DNA of 63,950 nucleotides, filler included, from Hausera hauseri (GCA_046269625.1; 12 parts of 12 records of this genome joined end to end with filler, not necessarily neighbours in it), one strand, 5' to 3'. Shown: positions 25,230 to 39,246, counted from the whole stretch's first letter. Numbers and translations: made by a program. The notes: generated from the letters alone by a model not told the origin.

Positions 25230-27290
25230 GTGCATATTTAGTTTTCCGACTGCCACTTTGTAGGCTGTAATGATCTTTCCCTCTTGGGCTTCTAACTCCA
25301 TGCCATTCCAAACCATTTTGCCGGTTATCCGAGCTCCTAAACAATTTGTCTATCCACATTCGTCGGGATTAATGGTGTGGTTGGTTTAATTATTGAAGAA
25401 TGCCCGTGCATATTATCACAATGAAAAATGCTGCGACATCTCCGTATCATGCATTCTGTTGCATCCATTGCAATTAATTCGCGTTGTTGATATAATATAT
25501 ACCCTTTTTATATTGTCTAGAGCTTGTGAGGTCTCGCATCTTGGCATATTTCTAAGTCCATCAAGGAATATTTCTGCCCTACTTTGAACTTGTCACAGTC
25601 GTATATGGTAACTGCTCCCATCTGCTTCACTAACACCATTATTGTTAGTAGATTAATTAACCAATTCGATTCGTTTTCTTTATTCGAAGAAATGTTTCGT
25701 ACTATGTCCTCTAAGTTATTGGTCCTTTTCGCATTATCCTCTTTTTCGAATAGTTTAGCCAATTTTATTTCTTTAGGTACCCTTCTCGCCGCTTTCCTAG
25801 CTAACCCGATTGTCTTGTCAAACTTATTTTCTCGGAGAGGATTAGTCTTTATCGTCAAATATATCAAGACTTTCCTTAATTCTTCCGTCGTGTTGTCTAT
25901 CATAATTCTGTCAATTACTGTTTCATCAGGGAGAGTGCTTTTAGATCATTTAAATCGTGAGGTTTTCATGGTCCGAGGTACATTATATATTAGCCTTTCT
26001 TTCCCAGATAGTATGTCGCCCTGGAGCCCAGTATAATTAACTATTTTAATTAAATCTCTTATTAACTCGATCAGTTTTTCATTATCTGAGCTCGGAGTAG
26101 GTACTGATAATTATCTCAATTCTCTAATTAAGTCTGCGTTATGGTCGATTTCCTTAACTTTTCTTGATCATCCGACTGGTCGTTTCGGTTTGATCAGTGG
26201 CAGAGTTTCGCTTAAGGGGACGAAATTCCTATCGTATTGCGGTTTGTCGTAATCAGTCTGTAAGTATTCAAAATACATTGCGGCGTTTTGAAATCGCATA
26301 ATTTTCCAAACGCAATGTTGTGTATGTGCTTTCCTCATGGCCTCATCTTTGGTTTGCTCGCTGGCAATTGTGGCGATTATTCGGTTTGCTTCAAATGGTA
26401 GAATCCCTACGTCTGTTAAGAATTCTGTCTCATCTAGTATTTTGCCTCTGAAATAGACTCGGGAATTAACTCCTTCTCTGCCATCCTTATCCATTATCCG
26501 CTGTTTATGTCCCCAACAATGGTATAGGTGGTGCATTCAAATTCCTCATCATCCATTCCTTCAGACGATACTTTTACTTTAAGTTCCGCTTACGGTTTAT
26601 TCTTCAATAGTTTAGCGTACTCTCTTATTAAGAGTTTGGGTACGGCGCTATATGCGATATTTTTGCTGGATAGCTTAGTCATAGTTGGAATCAATTTCCT
26701 TAATTTATCTTCACTTATGTTTATATTCAACATACTGCTCAGTTCCTTTTCAGCTAGTGTAGGATCAAGTAACATTTTCACATTAAATTTTGTCTTCCGT
26801 GCACCAATAGGTGATTCATAAATTTGTATTGGAGTTCTTTGACTTTGCTCGGTTAGACCTTAGAGATACTCATCCCACTCAGCTTTATTATCTGCGTCAA
26901 ATATCTCGTAGTTCATTAAGGCCGCATGCCCGACCTGAACTCCTTCGCGTAATTCTCTTATTTGCGGTTGTAATGTTTTCATTACAGATATTCTAAATCC
27001 GTCTTCATTTCCGCATGCTTGTTGCATCAATGTTATTAATCGGCACATTTCTTCCGCTTGTATCAAGGCTTTCTCCCGATAGCTAGTCATTTCTGCGATT
27101 CTGTCTCTTTGCCATCTCTGTATAAATTCCGTTTTGTTGTTTAATTCGGATTCCGTAAGGGAATACTTGTTCTTATAAACTTCCGTTTCTCTTAGTAATT
27201 CGTTTAGTTCATGTTGTTTTTTCTCGGAGCGTAACCAAGTTTCTTTTATCAGTTCCTCTTATTGGGTTTTTTTTTTAATTGCTAGAATAT
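25230..27290 (-). pseudogene. Decayed long frame containing a divergent superfamily-2 helicase
   Basis: Motifs in the correct order across stops and frameshifts: I SPIGARKT (26814-26791), Ia IAYSAVPKLLIRE, II ILDETE, III FVPLSETLP, IV KVLIYL, V VYIISTT.I..GCN. Confidence 0.6.
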
Positions 27291-28169
27291 ACAGCCTTTT
27301 TTAGAACCTGTTTCAAAAGTTCCTGTAGTAATTTGATTACATCAAACTGTCTTTAATCGCTCATCACTACACAATGGGAAAAGCTGGAATGCTACTCCTT
27401 TCATTCTCCCTGGCGCAGACAGGGAGCTCGGTGAGATACACATTTTTAGTACTATATTACCAGTGTGACAATTCGGATGGTGATCGCAACTGTTGAACAT
27501 CCTGATAGACAACGGAGAACTGAAAGCTTCAGCACAGGCTAATGCCATGAACCTGTAGCCATGAACCTCTGTATCCATGAACATATTTATCGCAAACAGG
27601 TCATTTTGAGTTCAGTTCACAGACGTAGTCCAAAGCAGGAAAACCCAGTACATTTCTATGAATGCCACAGCTCTCAAGGACGTTCAAAGCAACAATTTCA
27701 GCAGCATGGTTAATTTATTTAACCGACGAACCATCAACCATTAAAGTAAATCCATTGGGTGATCCTGCCGGTGTCAAGCCCGCAGGGAACAGAGGGTTGG
27801 TTATGAGACTGGTAACCTTGCTCTGGAAAATAAATAACTGCCACATAAGCCACTGCCATGGAAAAACCGAAATTACTTCTGTATTCGACCACGGAGAAGA
27901 GCGAAAAAAAAAAGCACTGTCAGGCATGCTTTACAATGGAACCCCTTCAGAAAGAAAAAAATGACGAAGAGACCAATGACAACCCAGTCGAGGACAGGCG
28001 ACAAGAAATTAATACAACAAGTGCATCATCGAATGACAAACGCACTGAATCGTAAGAAATGGAGAGCCACAGTGATGACCCTATTTCCGTCCATAGAATG
28101 AACACGAATATTAGCAGGAGGAAGAGAAGACTGACACGCCATTAGGCTCCAATCTGCCAATTAACGACT

Positions 28170-28330
28170 ACGTTGTTGTTGTTGTAGCGTCAGCTCTTCT
28201 GGACGAGCCCTGACAAGCGCTGTAGTCCCAAGAAGGACTCAGGAGGGGTTGCGTTGAGCATTCCTACTGTCCCAGTGGAGCCTAGTCCTCCAGGCTCCTA
28301 CTGATCCACCTCTCCTCTGGGGACCATGGT
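28170..28330 (-). mobile_element. 3' end of a LINE with an (ACA)n tail
   Basis: GC-richer segment ending ...PESFLGLQRLSGLVQKS* followed by ACAACAACAACAAC. Confidence 0.4.
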
Positions 28331-30402
28331 CGATCCTTCGATCGTTGGTCAGAATTGCCCGTTTCGTTAAATGTATTTACTGTTGATGGACACCACGCTG
28401 TAGTGGTAGGTGTGTGTGAGTGTGCGTGTTGGCGTGTGCACGTGTCTAAGCACGCGTGTGTGTTTGCGTATGTGTGTGTGAGAGAGAGATAGAGAGGAGC
28501 GGGGATGGGCAAAACGGGGAAATCTCCGCGAGCGAAAAATTTTTAGAGACGCAACAGAGAAAAAAAAAGGTTAGCAACCTTCAGCAGTTGTCGCAAGTTG
28601 ATTCGACATGGCGCGCGCTGCAGACTCAAAATTCGTTGCGGCAGCGATAGAGTGGATATTGGCTTTACTCAGTTACATGTGCAATCAGTTGATGCCACTT
28701 TAAAACCAGTGTGTGACAAGTTGCTAAGAGACAGAGCACCACCGCGGCCAACTATATAACAGTGCTGCAACTACAGCTGAACAAACTTATGGTGCACAGA
28801 AAGTATTGTGGATCTGAATCCCAAACCAGAGTGTGAACCATTTAACAATCGCTCTGTGGGTCTCGTTGATCTGCGTACAGGTTATGTTGGGTCACTGTCT
28901 CTGACTTTGTTTAACACATTAGAAAAGGTCTTTTTAAGCCCCCCATAAAGGTAGGATGTTCTTAAAGAACACAAACCAAGTCGCTTAAAGCGGACATGAG
29001 TTAAGGGTAGGAGGTTTAGTCATACTTGTAGAGTACATCAAGAAATTAATAGAAGCTTTTAAAGTGTCGAGAAATGACAAGGCGTAACCAAAGAAATCAA
29101 AGATGTTATGGGATGTATTGCTTGCATCATGGCGTGTCCTTTTTTTCCTCATTCTTTCATTTTTTAAAATTTACTACTCTGGAGAAACTTCATAATTATC
29201 CTGTACAGACTATCAGAAACTGATAGTGAAAGCCAAACATTTCGGATTAACTAATGTTCAGTTTCGTTTTGCAAACCATTTTTGATATGGTCGTAGTTGT
29301 TAAATTGAAAGAAATCATAAATTCAAATGACTCATTGAGTTTATAAATGAAATGAATTATGAAAAGCATGTACTAGATACTAGACTTGAACAGACCATCA
29401 TTTAGGGAAAAAAAACCATGTACATTTTTCTAATTCATTATGATTTAAATCATAAGTTTTAATTTCATCATATAATTTTTCTAAATTTATTCTTGTTCTT
29501 TTACCGCCCCACAAAAACGGTTTAATCAAGTTTTCATATTTTTTTTAAATATCTAAGGGGTTTGTAAAAGGCAACATCATAATCACATAGTTAAACTGAG
29601 GAGTAGTGATCATTTTATTATTAATCTTGCCCAATAATGTCAGTTTAATTTTTTCCCACTTTTCAAAATCTGTTTTAACTGTAGACAACAATGGGTCAAC
29701 ATTTAATAAAGGNNNNNNNNNNNNNNNNNNNNNNNNNNNNNNNNNNNNNNNNNNNNTTAATTAATTAANNNNNNNNNNNNNNNNNNNNNNNNNNNNNNNN
29801 NNNNNNNNNNNNTAGTCACATTGGGCATTGTCATGAAAATATCGAATTTAAAGCCTTTATTCGGTATACCATCAAATTGTGTTGAATAAAAACTCTTCGA
29901 AAAGGATAGGATTGTTGATCCATACTATATATTGTATTGATAGCTCAAGAAGATTTATTTACTGCGTGACTGAATAGAAATGTACAGTAAAGTGCGTCGA
30001 AAAAATTAAAAGTTAGAATATCAAAATGGAATAGTGGGAAAAAGTCCCCCCTGGCCTAGGTGGTAAATGTGCAAAATATGATTAAATTTGATGGATGTCG
30101 TACGTCTCCACAGGAGTGCGTAAAATTCAAAAAATCCCAATTTTCGGACAAAATTGAAATTCTCTAAATTGCAGCTGAATATATTCAGAAAATATACGAA
30201 AATTACATTGATACTCCAAAGCCTTGTTCAATGTGCATTTAACAATATATAACACTCTTAAATATATAGCCAACTAACAGACATAAAACTTAAACTGACA
30301 AAGGGATTTCGAAATAGACCGAAAACGGGATGCAAGTGAAGAACAAAGAGCGAATTGTGTGCGAACGTTAAATCGTTTGATAACTGTTTAGTCACTATAA
30401 AA

Positions 30403-33290
30403 CTATATAAATTGAAAGCTTTGTTGGATGTAATCATTCTTTGCATCAAAATTTTCCATTATTTCGCGTGACCGTAACTTTGACTTGATGTAGGCGTCTT
30501 TTGCCTCCGGACCAGAAACTACAGCTGCAGCTTTCGTCACAAGTTTTATGCACTTTTCCACGCTCTGGGTAAGGCATGGAAATCTGTTAATGCTTAGCAC
30601 TGACCGGACGTGACCAACAATGATAGTCTGCAGCTGCGCCTCTAACATCTTTGAAAGAATAGGTGGAAAAGTTACAGTACAAGCGCTCCAACTTATGAGA
30701 TCGATGTAATCCGATGCAGCAAAGTTTAAAGATGGTACTTTGAAATGGCGAATTACGTTGGTAGATTTCCTTAATTTTAACATTTTTCTAACAGCAAGCG
30801 CTCTCTTACGTGTTGACGATCGTCAACCAACAAACAGCTGTAGCCAAAATGATTGGTGCAAGCACGGAATGTTGAAAAAAAACAGCAAATACTTTATTAA
30901 AAATAATAAAAGCATTGTTAGTATTGTCATATTTACATGATTTTAAATATAGTTTCGATACGATTTGGCGTCAAATCGGTTAGCTTCTTGCACAAATCTG
31001 GTAAAATTTCAGAGCACCAAACACATGCCGTGACTTTAGGGGAATGTGTGACTGTTGCGATAGTGTATGGAGGAAGAAACCGTTGATATTTCGGACGTCT
31101 GACTAAATTTAGAAATGAAACGAATTGGCAAAATTGGATTCGTCCGAAAACAGAACCTTGGACCAATAATCAGCCGTCCACTTTTGATATCTTCTACAAA
31201 AAGCAAGTCGTTTTAGCCTCTGAGCACCACTGAGCAACGGCTTTTCGGCTGGATGCTTACCTCTTGACCCCAAATCATTAACAAGTCTTCTTCGAATGGT
31301 TCTTGTGCTAGCCCCACAACATATTCCTAATTTCCAGACTTAATAATGTTGGATTTCTGGTAGCAGTTCGTTTAATTAAAGAATCTTGTCGTTTTGTTGT
31401 AATTCTTGGGCGACCAGGTGACTTTTGGGCTCAACAGGATCCGGTATGCTTGAAGTGTTTGATTATATTCCCAACTGTGGACTTTGGAACATTGACCTTT
31501 TCAGCAATTTCTCTCTGCGTCAACCCATCTTTATTATACTGAACAATAATTACACGTTTCTCTGATGAAGTTCGTTTACTAAGACCCATCACAATAGCAA
31601 ATTCAGCAATATTAGATTCAAATGAACAAGTCTAAATAGCGTCCAAGCTAAACAGTTATTTATATCAATTAAACAAAAATATCACAAATGTTTTATTTTT
31701 ATGGATTCCTAATAATGCTTAATCAGCAAAAGGACCAAATTTACAGTTTGTACCAATCATTTTGGCCACATCTGTACATAGCAGTAGATTTTCTGTATGT
31801 GTGAAAAACTCGTTTCGTTAAATTACATGATGTATTACTTTTCTGAGTGAATTATCCACATACCGGGAAAAGTCAATCATTTTCCACACATGTAAGCCAC
31901 CATACTTGAATGACGGCTTTGTTTTGATACAAAACCATACTCTTGCATAAATTTTTACCACAAACTGTACCAGTGTAACTAATTGATCGCTTGGATCAGA
32001 AGTGGCCACATACAATCTCAATATACAAATTGCAATTGCTAACTATCGCACACGTGACATCTTACTAGGTTTAGTGTTTGCAAGTTCATCAGAACAGTTA
32101 TCGGACTTAATATCTTTCCACATATTCAGTAGATACTTCTGATCATTACCGAGATCGTTAACTTCAATATCGAGTAATATGATTTCATTAGGCTTACATA
32201 TTTGAACAGCTTTCGTTTCGCAGGTTTCTAGTTGCTTGCCAATTGCACTTGAAAAGGCGTACGGATCTCTTATTTCGGCGCCACAGACGTGTAAAATCGA
32301 GTGTTTCAGTAAAAGTTCATTAGCGTGTACTTGACACATAAACTACTGTAGAGGTAGTTTAAGTTGCTGTTCTAAAATTCTGATGACGCCGCCTTTCTTT
32401 CTTGTACTAACCGTAGTTCCATCGCATCCAAGTGCTAAGAAGTCATCAGTGTTAATGTTTGTTGTAAATGAGAAATTCAGTAACAGCAAAGGCAATATGT
32501 CGTGCTTAGTCAGATTTGGGACAGACCCAACCTATGTACTGACCTTGTGGTTGCTGAAGTAAAACGTAATGCACGTCCAGATATGTTCTGCGAAACTACT
32601 TATATCCGAATTTTAGAAACATTAAAGTGTTACCTTTCTGCCCATCAAAATGTAGTCCATGTAAACAACTTGTTTGTGTTTTAGACCGTAAAATATTTCT
32701 TGCTTCAATCCACTCCCGTCTGACTTTGCTCTTATCTACAACTGTTGACATACCCTCATAGTCAATGATTCCAACATCCTTCAACACAGATGAAGCGATG
32801 GCTGCCGCTGCTTGGTCACTTACACCGTATCTGTCTGCTCTTTGTACCAGGCATGCGAAATCTTTGTCTGTTCTGTTTCACTTCGCCTTTGCTCGTTGAC
32901 TGTTCATCACAGGAGGCTCTCTGTGGCAAATTATAATCGGATCTGTCGGAAACGCAGAGGTCCAATCTTTCATTTGACTCACTGAGAAACAAGTTTTTCG
33001 TAGTTAACTGTTGCAATGTCGTTACTTGCAATATGGCTGCTGCTTTTGAGATCCTCTCTGCCTTTCTTTTCAGTTTGTCTGTTGCGGGTTTGTCAATAGA
33101 TCCAATGAACATCAGTCTTACATTTCGCTGATTAGTAAAAAATTTCTGTTACTTGCGTGGAACACGACAATCTGAGTCACATGCACAGTTACTGATATAA
33201 CATTTGCATGATACAATATCAAACCATTTTTTGGTCTCGTCCTGAAAATCTATCGGTTTTGTCTAGTAGCTATTGCAATATTGTCTTTTT
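30403..33290 (-). mobile_element. Decayed hAT-related DDE (CxxH) transposase
   Basis: LHFDGQK (first D), LGCDGTVST.KKGGVIRILE (second D), CQVHANEL (CxxH), RLYVAT..PS, ENLLL, FPCLTQSVEKCIKLVT (E). Candidate terminus CACATTGG at 29817. Confidence 0.8.
30835..31774 (-). mobile_element. Internally deleted Tc1/mariner element nested in the hAT-like transposase
   Basis: 26-bp TIRs CAG(C/A)TGT(A/G)GCCAAAATGATTGGT(G/A)CA at 30835-30860 and 31749-31774, TA at 31775-31776; paired HTH, GRPRITT, KPLL, WSKVLFSDESNF. Confidence 0.92.
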
Positions 33291-34242
33291 CGGTAGATAG
33301 AAGGAAGGACACTGGCACAACCTCCCCGCGGAGAAAACAAGATTTGGTTCGCGGATGAGTCATAGGGTAGAAAAAACGATACACACATACACGATTAATA
33401 GGACGGAGATGGGAGACATACAGTTATGAAAGTGATACATACAAGCACATGTACCACATGGATTTGGAGTGGTTTAAAAAATTTGAATTTGGTGTGAAAA
33501 AAATTTTTTGTTTAAATTTTGGGTAGTGAAGAATTGCTGTGTTTTGTGGCCTTAATATGGTTTCACGATTCCCTCCCCCAGAAAAATAGCTGTATTTTCT
33601 GCCGCAGACTGGGTTTCACTATTCCTACCCCCACTTTGTTCAAATTTTGCAAGGTTGATATAAATACCCATGTGTAAGGTTTACTTATGAAAATGACTCA
33701 ACCAATATTTTACTAAAGTCGTTTAAAAATATTTAAGTCAAATTATATTTCGTGGAAGGAAACAAATTTTACTGTAAATCTAGTTTCATAACAAATAATC
33801 AGTGATATATACAAAATATAATTAATAACATGAAAATTAATTTATTANNNNNNNNNNNNNNNNNNNNNNNNNNNNNNNNNNNNNNNNNNNNTTAATTAAT
33901 TAANNNNNNNNNNNNNNNNNNNNNNNNNNNNNNNNNNNNNNNNNNNNTGAACATTTACATAAAGAATCACTTTTGCTCCGTATGACTATCGATCGGCATA
34001 TGTGCAAAATCGATTTATCGATTACCCCCCCCCCGGGGTGGGCTAGAACCGCCATTTTTTTATTACTAGTTAAATACATAAATATATAGAGATAAATTAA
34101 ATGATAATAAAGCAAAAGGCAAAAACAACGAACAATGTACATTATTCATACGAAACACACAGATCACAATAAATTTGCACAGTAAATGGGTCAGTTTGAT
34201 CTGTCTGCATCATCAGCACCGAATTCTTGCGTGTGCGTGTTT

Positions 34243-37200
34243 TATTCCAAACTACAGTGACCGTACACCAAACTCTAATTTCGCCCAACCCACTTACGCT
34301 TATCATCATTGCATGATAAAGCAACTTTTGTATTGGTCACTGTATACAGCTGGCGCTCAATCTATCGGATGATCGTTTGAGACACAACAGCGTTTGTTTG
34401 TTCTCCTTCTCCTTAATCATTTTCTTTCCCTCCTTCATAGATATGCCGATAATCACCATGGTTTTTTCCGCCTGGGCCAACAGAACTCCTTTTGCGCGCG
34501 TTTTCCGTACACATTTAGTCAAAAGGCTACATCATTTTGGCCGTAGAAATACCCATTCCCAATACTGAACCCGACCCTCACTTTCATCCTTGAAGCAGCC
34601 GATTTTGTTTGTGAAGGCGTAGCTGTACAATGCATGATTCTGTGGGTAATTGGACGTGTCCAGTAATCCGTCTGACATCATTTGCCGCAGCAGTAGTTCG
34701 CGATTGACGTTTTCCAGTTCCAAGAAAAAACTGTCTGTGTCAACGGCAATTTTATTGATCTTACATCCGCCGAACATTTGCCAGCACCGTGCCAAATCGC
34801 GATACTGCAGCTTATACATCCGCAACTTGCTCACATCCGATACCACTTGAGTTATATAACTTGGCCTATCCAAGACAACGTCTTCCCTGTTTAAAAGCAC
34901 GGCAACCAATACATCGGCAATGTGCATTGACCGCTTGAACTGAGCCTTAATGATGTACGTGACCAACCGCTTTTCACTATTGCATAGGCGTATATTGAAC
35001 CGCTTTTTCAGATTATCTACTGTTTTTCCGTAGACAGAATTGTTTTTCAGTTTGTTATAGTATTTTTCAAACTTCGTACAAACTGCAGCTCGTTTTTTTC
35101 GAATTTCGACAGATGTACGCCTTCAATATCGGAGCCTGTATGAAGCGGATGGCGCGATGGAGATGTGTGACGCGTACACCCAACTGCATGTAAAATTGCA
35201 ACAGACGCCAATGAGCTATGTAATTCTGTTGAGGTTCATGCGTCATAAGCAGCTTCTTTACCTTCGAGCCCGGTGGACATTGGCTAATTGATGCGACCGA
35301 CAGTTATCCAGAACGTCATACAACCCACCTGGTACCATGAGATCGACTTCCATCAGGTATCTGATTGAGCTGTTTTCTGCTGTGTCTGCTCTCGGCAGAT
35401 TTTCTATTATTGCATCCAGGTCCTGTTTGTCAACTACCCTTTCGAATGAACCGTACGGCAAGGGTTATGAAAGCGCCCAGTCGTACAGGTTATTAATGTC
35501 GATATTCAACAATGATGTGGTATTATCACTGGTTACGTGATGCTTGTTGACAAATGTCATGCTACCACAAATACCAACATCCGGCATTCGGTACATTTCC
35601 AGGTCTTGTTATAGCTCGATGTCCCAATCCAGTGACATTAGAGCTGATGCCAAAATCATTCAGTTTATTGAGTAAAAGTTGAGTGGCTCCAGCCTCTCTT
35701 CTGTCAACGCTTTAACTCGAAATGTCTGAAACACATTGGCTAACAGGTATACATCATATTTCAGATAGTGAAGTATGTACTCCAACAGGTTTCTGCAGCC
35801 GAGTTCTGCTCAAAACGACTGTGCTTTGTGATATTATTCTTCTGTGATACTGGGTCATTGCGGTGATAATTCGTCTGTCGTCTGGAGCCGCTTGTATGAT
35901 ATCGCAAAGTCATACGGAAATATGCCTTTGCTAAACACAATATTTGTGGGGAACTGAGTCAGTGTTAGCGGCACATCTGGAAAGGCATTTACCAGCTTTG
36001 CCAGAGATTCATTGAGAAATTGCAATGAATCGAGGAAGAGTACCTGAAACTGGTTTATACGAACGGACAGTGACAGGAATTTCTCCATCGTAGTCGGAAT
36101 TACGGATAGTTCTCAGGGCGGAAATCCGCTTATTGCCCATTTAAAAATATGGTGACAATCATAACCTCTAAAGTTGTGAAAGATCACCGGTAAGAATGGC
36201 CGCACACGCGTTGCCAAATTGCATGAATTGCATGCTGCTCCCAAGTACCAACCGGTAAAAGTATCTTGATCTGAAATGAGCTGTTCCTTTTCATTAAACG
36301 GTAATATTTTGTAACACAGGTAACATTCATCGATGGCTGCAAGCATCAATGGTTCATATTCATCTGTTCACATCACTAGTTTATTGCTATTTCTACTGTA
36401 TCAGGGTGCGATTTCCGTTTCTACTATTGTTTCCAACTGATGCAGGAAACCGCATATGCAGTTTCAGCCATGAAAAACGTAATATTGCGGTTGACCTGAG
36501 GCTAATGTTGGGACAACCAGCATGAAGACGGCAATTGGAATATGTTTTTTACCATATACCATGTGCTGTGGTACGATTGCCTCAATATCAGCATATACAA
36601 TCGTATGCCGGACTGTCAGTTTTCGACCAGTCACTGAACCTCAGCTCCTTTTTACTGCCATGACATACATTGTTGTTTCTGTTGCATTTTGTCTGCACAA
36701 CGTTACATGCTTTTCCCATGTCGTTTGTGATATGAAGCCGTGCAGACACACAGGACATCATTTGCACCGTATTCGTTTTTTGATAAACTGATCATGATCC
36801 ATGTACAGCAATCTGAATACTTTTCCGCCTGATCACACAGCAACAAATTTACTGGGCGTCCATTTGGATTTAATGTTCGATAGATTATATGCACGTGAGA
36901 ATTCTTATAGATTTCTTCATCTACCGGTATTTCAACTATCGAGTTGTACCGGAAAACGTTGATTGACGGCGTCGGATTACGCTGTTCGAAGGCCTGTATG
37001 GTTTTCAGTTTCATCGGCATCCATCTTTCATCAAAATCCAATTCGGAAAAATATTATCAATACTGATTAGGACGATTAGCATGTTTTCTGACCACTTTGT
37101 CATATTTTAATACCGTCAGAATACTCTAAAGAAAATAGTATTCATCATTCTTTATTTGCACATTCAACATCGTCAGAGACTGATTTAGAGCTGCAGGTGT

Positions 37201-37732
37201 CGGTATGGGTGATAAGTCAGACAAGCAAATTATATCATTCGACTTTGTTATTGTAAAGCCGAGAATGACAATTTTTACAATTAGCCAGCTACTACCCATT
37301 TCGGTATAGTTGGCGATTTTGTCATGGAGCTTTTCGCCTACGTCGGCAATAAAATCGTTGGAATACGGTTCAGATCGATGTGATAGGTACCATTGTTTCC
37401 TGTCGCCTTTTAAATTGTCAAATTCTGCCAGTGCATAATACTGCACTTTGAAGTTGTGTTGGAATTTCTTCACTTCTGATTCCAACCGGTCTCAATTGTG
37501 ACTCTATTGTCGCTGACATGTATACCTTGATGTCCACGTACGATCTGATCAGATCGTGCCTGACGGTAATGTCATATTCATGTTCCTGTTGTTCCTATTG
37601 CTCCCGTTCTTGTGGTTGCTGTTGTTGTTGCTGCTGTTACTTGGCACTGTTTCTGGTTAAGTCGTAAAGACTTGTTGAGGCCTGACGTTTTCTACTAGCT
37701 GTTGAGGGGATGCTGCTTTTATTTGCGTCCAT
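34243..37732 (-). pseudogene. Protein-primed family B DNA polymerase (Polinton/adintovirus), many stops and frameshifts
   Basis: CYLC..GAACNSCNL (EndoVII-like), FHNFRGYDCH, FLDSLQFL, KGIFPYD, DINNLY, KLKNNSVYGKT, DTDS, GCFKDE, FLRPK, DDKR. Confidence 0.93.
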
Positions 37733-37888
37733 AATTAGTTGTTATTTCGACCATTTAAACTGATTTAATTGGTCCTTGTACAGATTATAAAATTGTTCAA
37801 AGTTGATTTTAATAACTATTGAACAACCGAGGCAGACGTAGGCTCGTTTATTGTGCAGCGTTGTGGTGCCATAGTACAGTATAGTGCA

Positions 37889-38209
37889 ATGGAACAGTAT
37901 ATTGAAAGTGAAATTCAGAAATTGACCGACGACCTAATGACGGGACATGTGTTTGATGTACAGTTTTTATGTGAGCTCGCAGAAACGAGAATAATGAGCA
38001 TGCGAGAATATATTGAATTAATATTCAGATCTCTCTTCGAGAAACTTATTGTTCATGAAATGAGACAACAACGCAATAACAACAACAACAACAACGACAA
38101 CGACGACGTATTAATTTTCTCATTTTCTGCTTCGCTTTGTATTGTAATAAAAAAGTTGGTTGACCGTTTAGTCACATTTGTGCATACTTTATTGCTTTTG
38201 TTTTCGTGA
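37889..38209 (+). CDS. Hypothetical Polinton accessory protein
   Basis: Open ATG-initiated frame divergent from PolB; contains an Asn run. Confidence 0.45.
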   Translation: MEQYIESEIQKLTDDLMTGHVFDVQFLCELAETRIMSMREYIELIFRSLFEKLIVHEMRQQRNNNNNNNDNDDVLIFSFSASLCIVIKKLVDRLVTFVHTLLLLFS

Positions 38210-38291
38210 ATCAATATAATTTATTTCGCGTTTCTTTGTTGTTACCTTTGAGTATAAATACTTATGCTTCGTTACGGCATGTCATTACGAA

Positions 38292-38774
38292 ATGCCTGAT
38301 TTATCAGAACTCACTAGTTTGTGTCACTCCTTCGACGGTCTCCGGAGTCATCTTTACAATACTGATCGACCTTTACATGATGCGCGATACTGTTCGACCG
38401 AAGAGATACGTCTGCGTGCTGAGGAGAATTGGAGGGTACGAGAACCTTATCTACGACATATGAAGCAGGTTGTTGGTGACATGGACACGACATTTAGCCA
38501 GATATTTTGCACCTATCGGAAAGCGGTGAATTATTATGCGCTGGATGAAAATCCACGTCAAATACGGTTTGTGGAAGATGTTGTCAAATGTGATCATATT
38601 GGTGATTACATTCCAACGCGACAGTCAACGGATCGGATTTGCTTCAAGCATCATTGCAATGTAACTAATTCCGATGAACTCGCATATTTTCCTGCTGAAT
38701 TTGTTAATGCATGTGATTTGTGTGGTGATCCTAATTTTTTAGTAAACTCAGATTCAGTTGTACCACATAAATAG
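38292..38774 (+). CDS. Hypothetical Cys/His-containing Polinton accessory protein
   Basis: Intact 160-aa ORF with CFKHHC and CDLC; AATAAA just downstream. Confidence 0.55.
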   Translation: MPDLSELTSLCHSFDGLRSHLYNTDRPLHDARYCSTEEIRLRAEENWRVREPYLRHMKQVVGDMDTTFSQIFCTYRKAVNYYALDENPRQIRFVEDVVKCDHIGDYIPTRQSTDRICFKHHCNVTNSDELAYFPAEFVNACDLCGDPNFLVNSDSVVPHK

Positions 38775-39246
38775 AAAATAAAAGTTTGTTATGGATTTGA
38801 TTGCCCTTCTGTATTTCAAACAAACAAACAATGTACGAATAAAGATATAGTCGTTTTGGCTAATTTAATTGACAACAGCAATAACAAAAGTGATCATGGG
38901 TCAAGTTAAATAAAAACAGCTGATAATCAGTAATGTTACGACACACACATACATACCTAGAGAGAGTCAATTGTTCTGATGCATCAGAGAATATTTAAAT
39001 ACAATACCAACTTTACCAATCATTAATGGTACATGTTGATTTATCAAAGCTTTCTATGCCTTTATTTCTGGACTACTTTATGTACATTATGTACGGCAGT
39101 GTATCGATTTTCTGTTTGGTTTTATTTCCTCGTGTACAAATTTCGTNNNNNNNNNNNNNNNNNNNNNNNNNNNNNNNNNNNNNNNNNNNNTTAATTAATT
39201 AANNNNNNNNNNNNNNNNNNNNNNNNNNNNNNNNNNNNNNNNNNNN

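Noticed and set aside
28190-28230. Possible hammerhead ribozyme near CTGGACGAG..CTGACAAG
   Set aside because: Lacks the CUGANGA / GAAA core with flanking helices.
17524-39146. Capsid module and PolB forming one contiguous Polinton
   Set aside because: They are on different contigs separated by artificial spacers and unrelated DNA; no terminal inverted repeats or protease gene were seen to link them.
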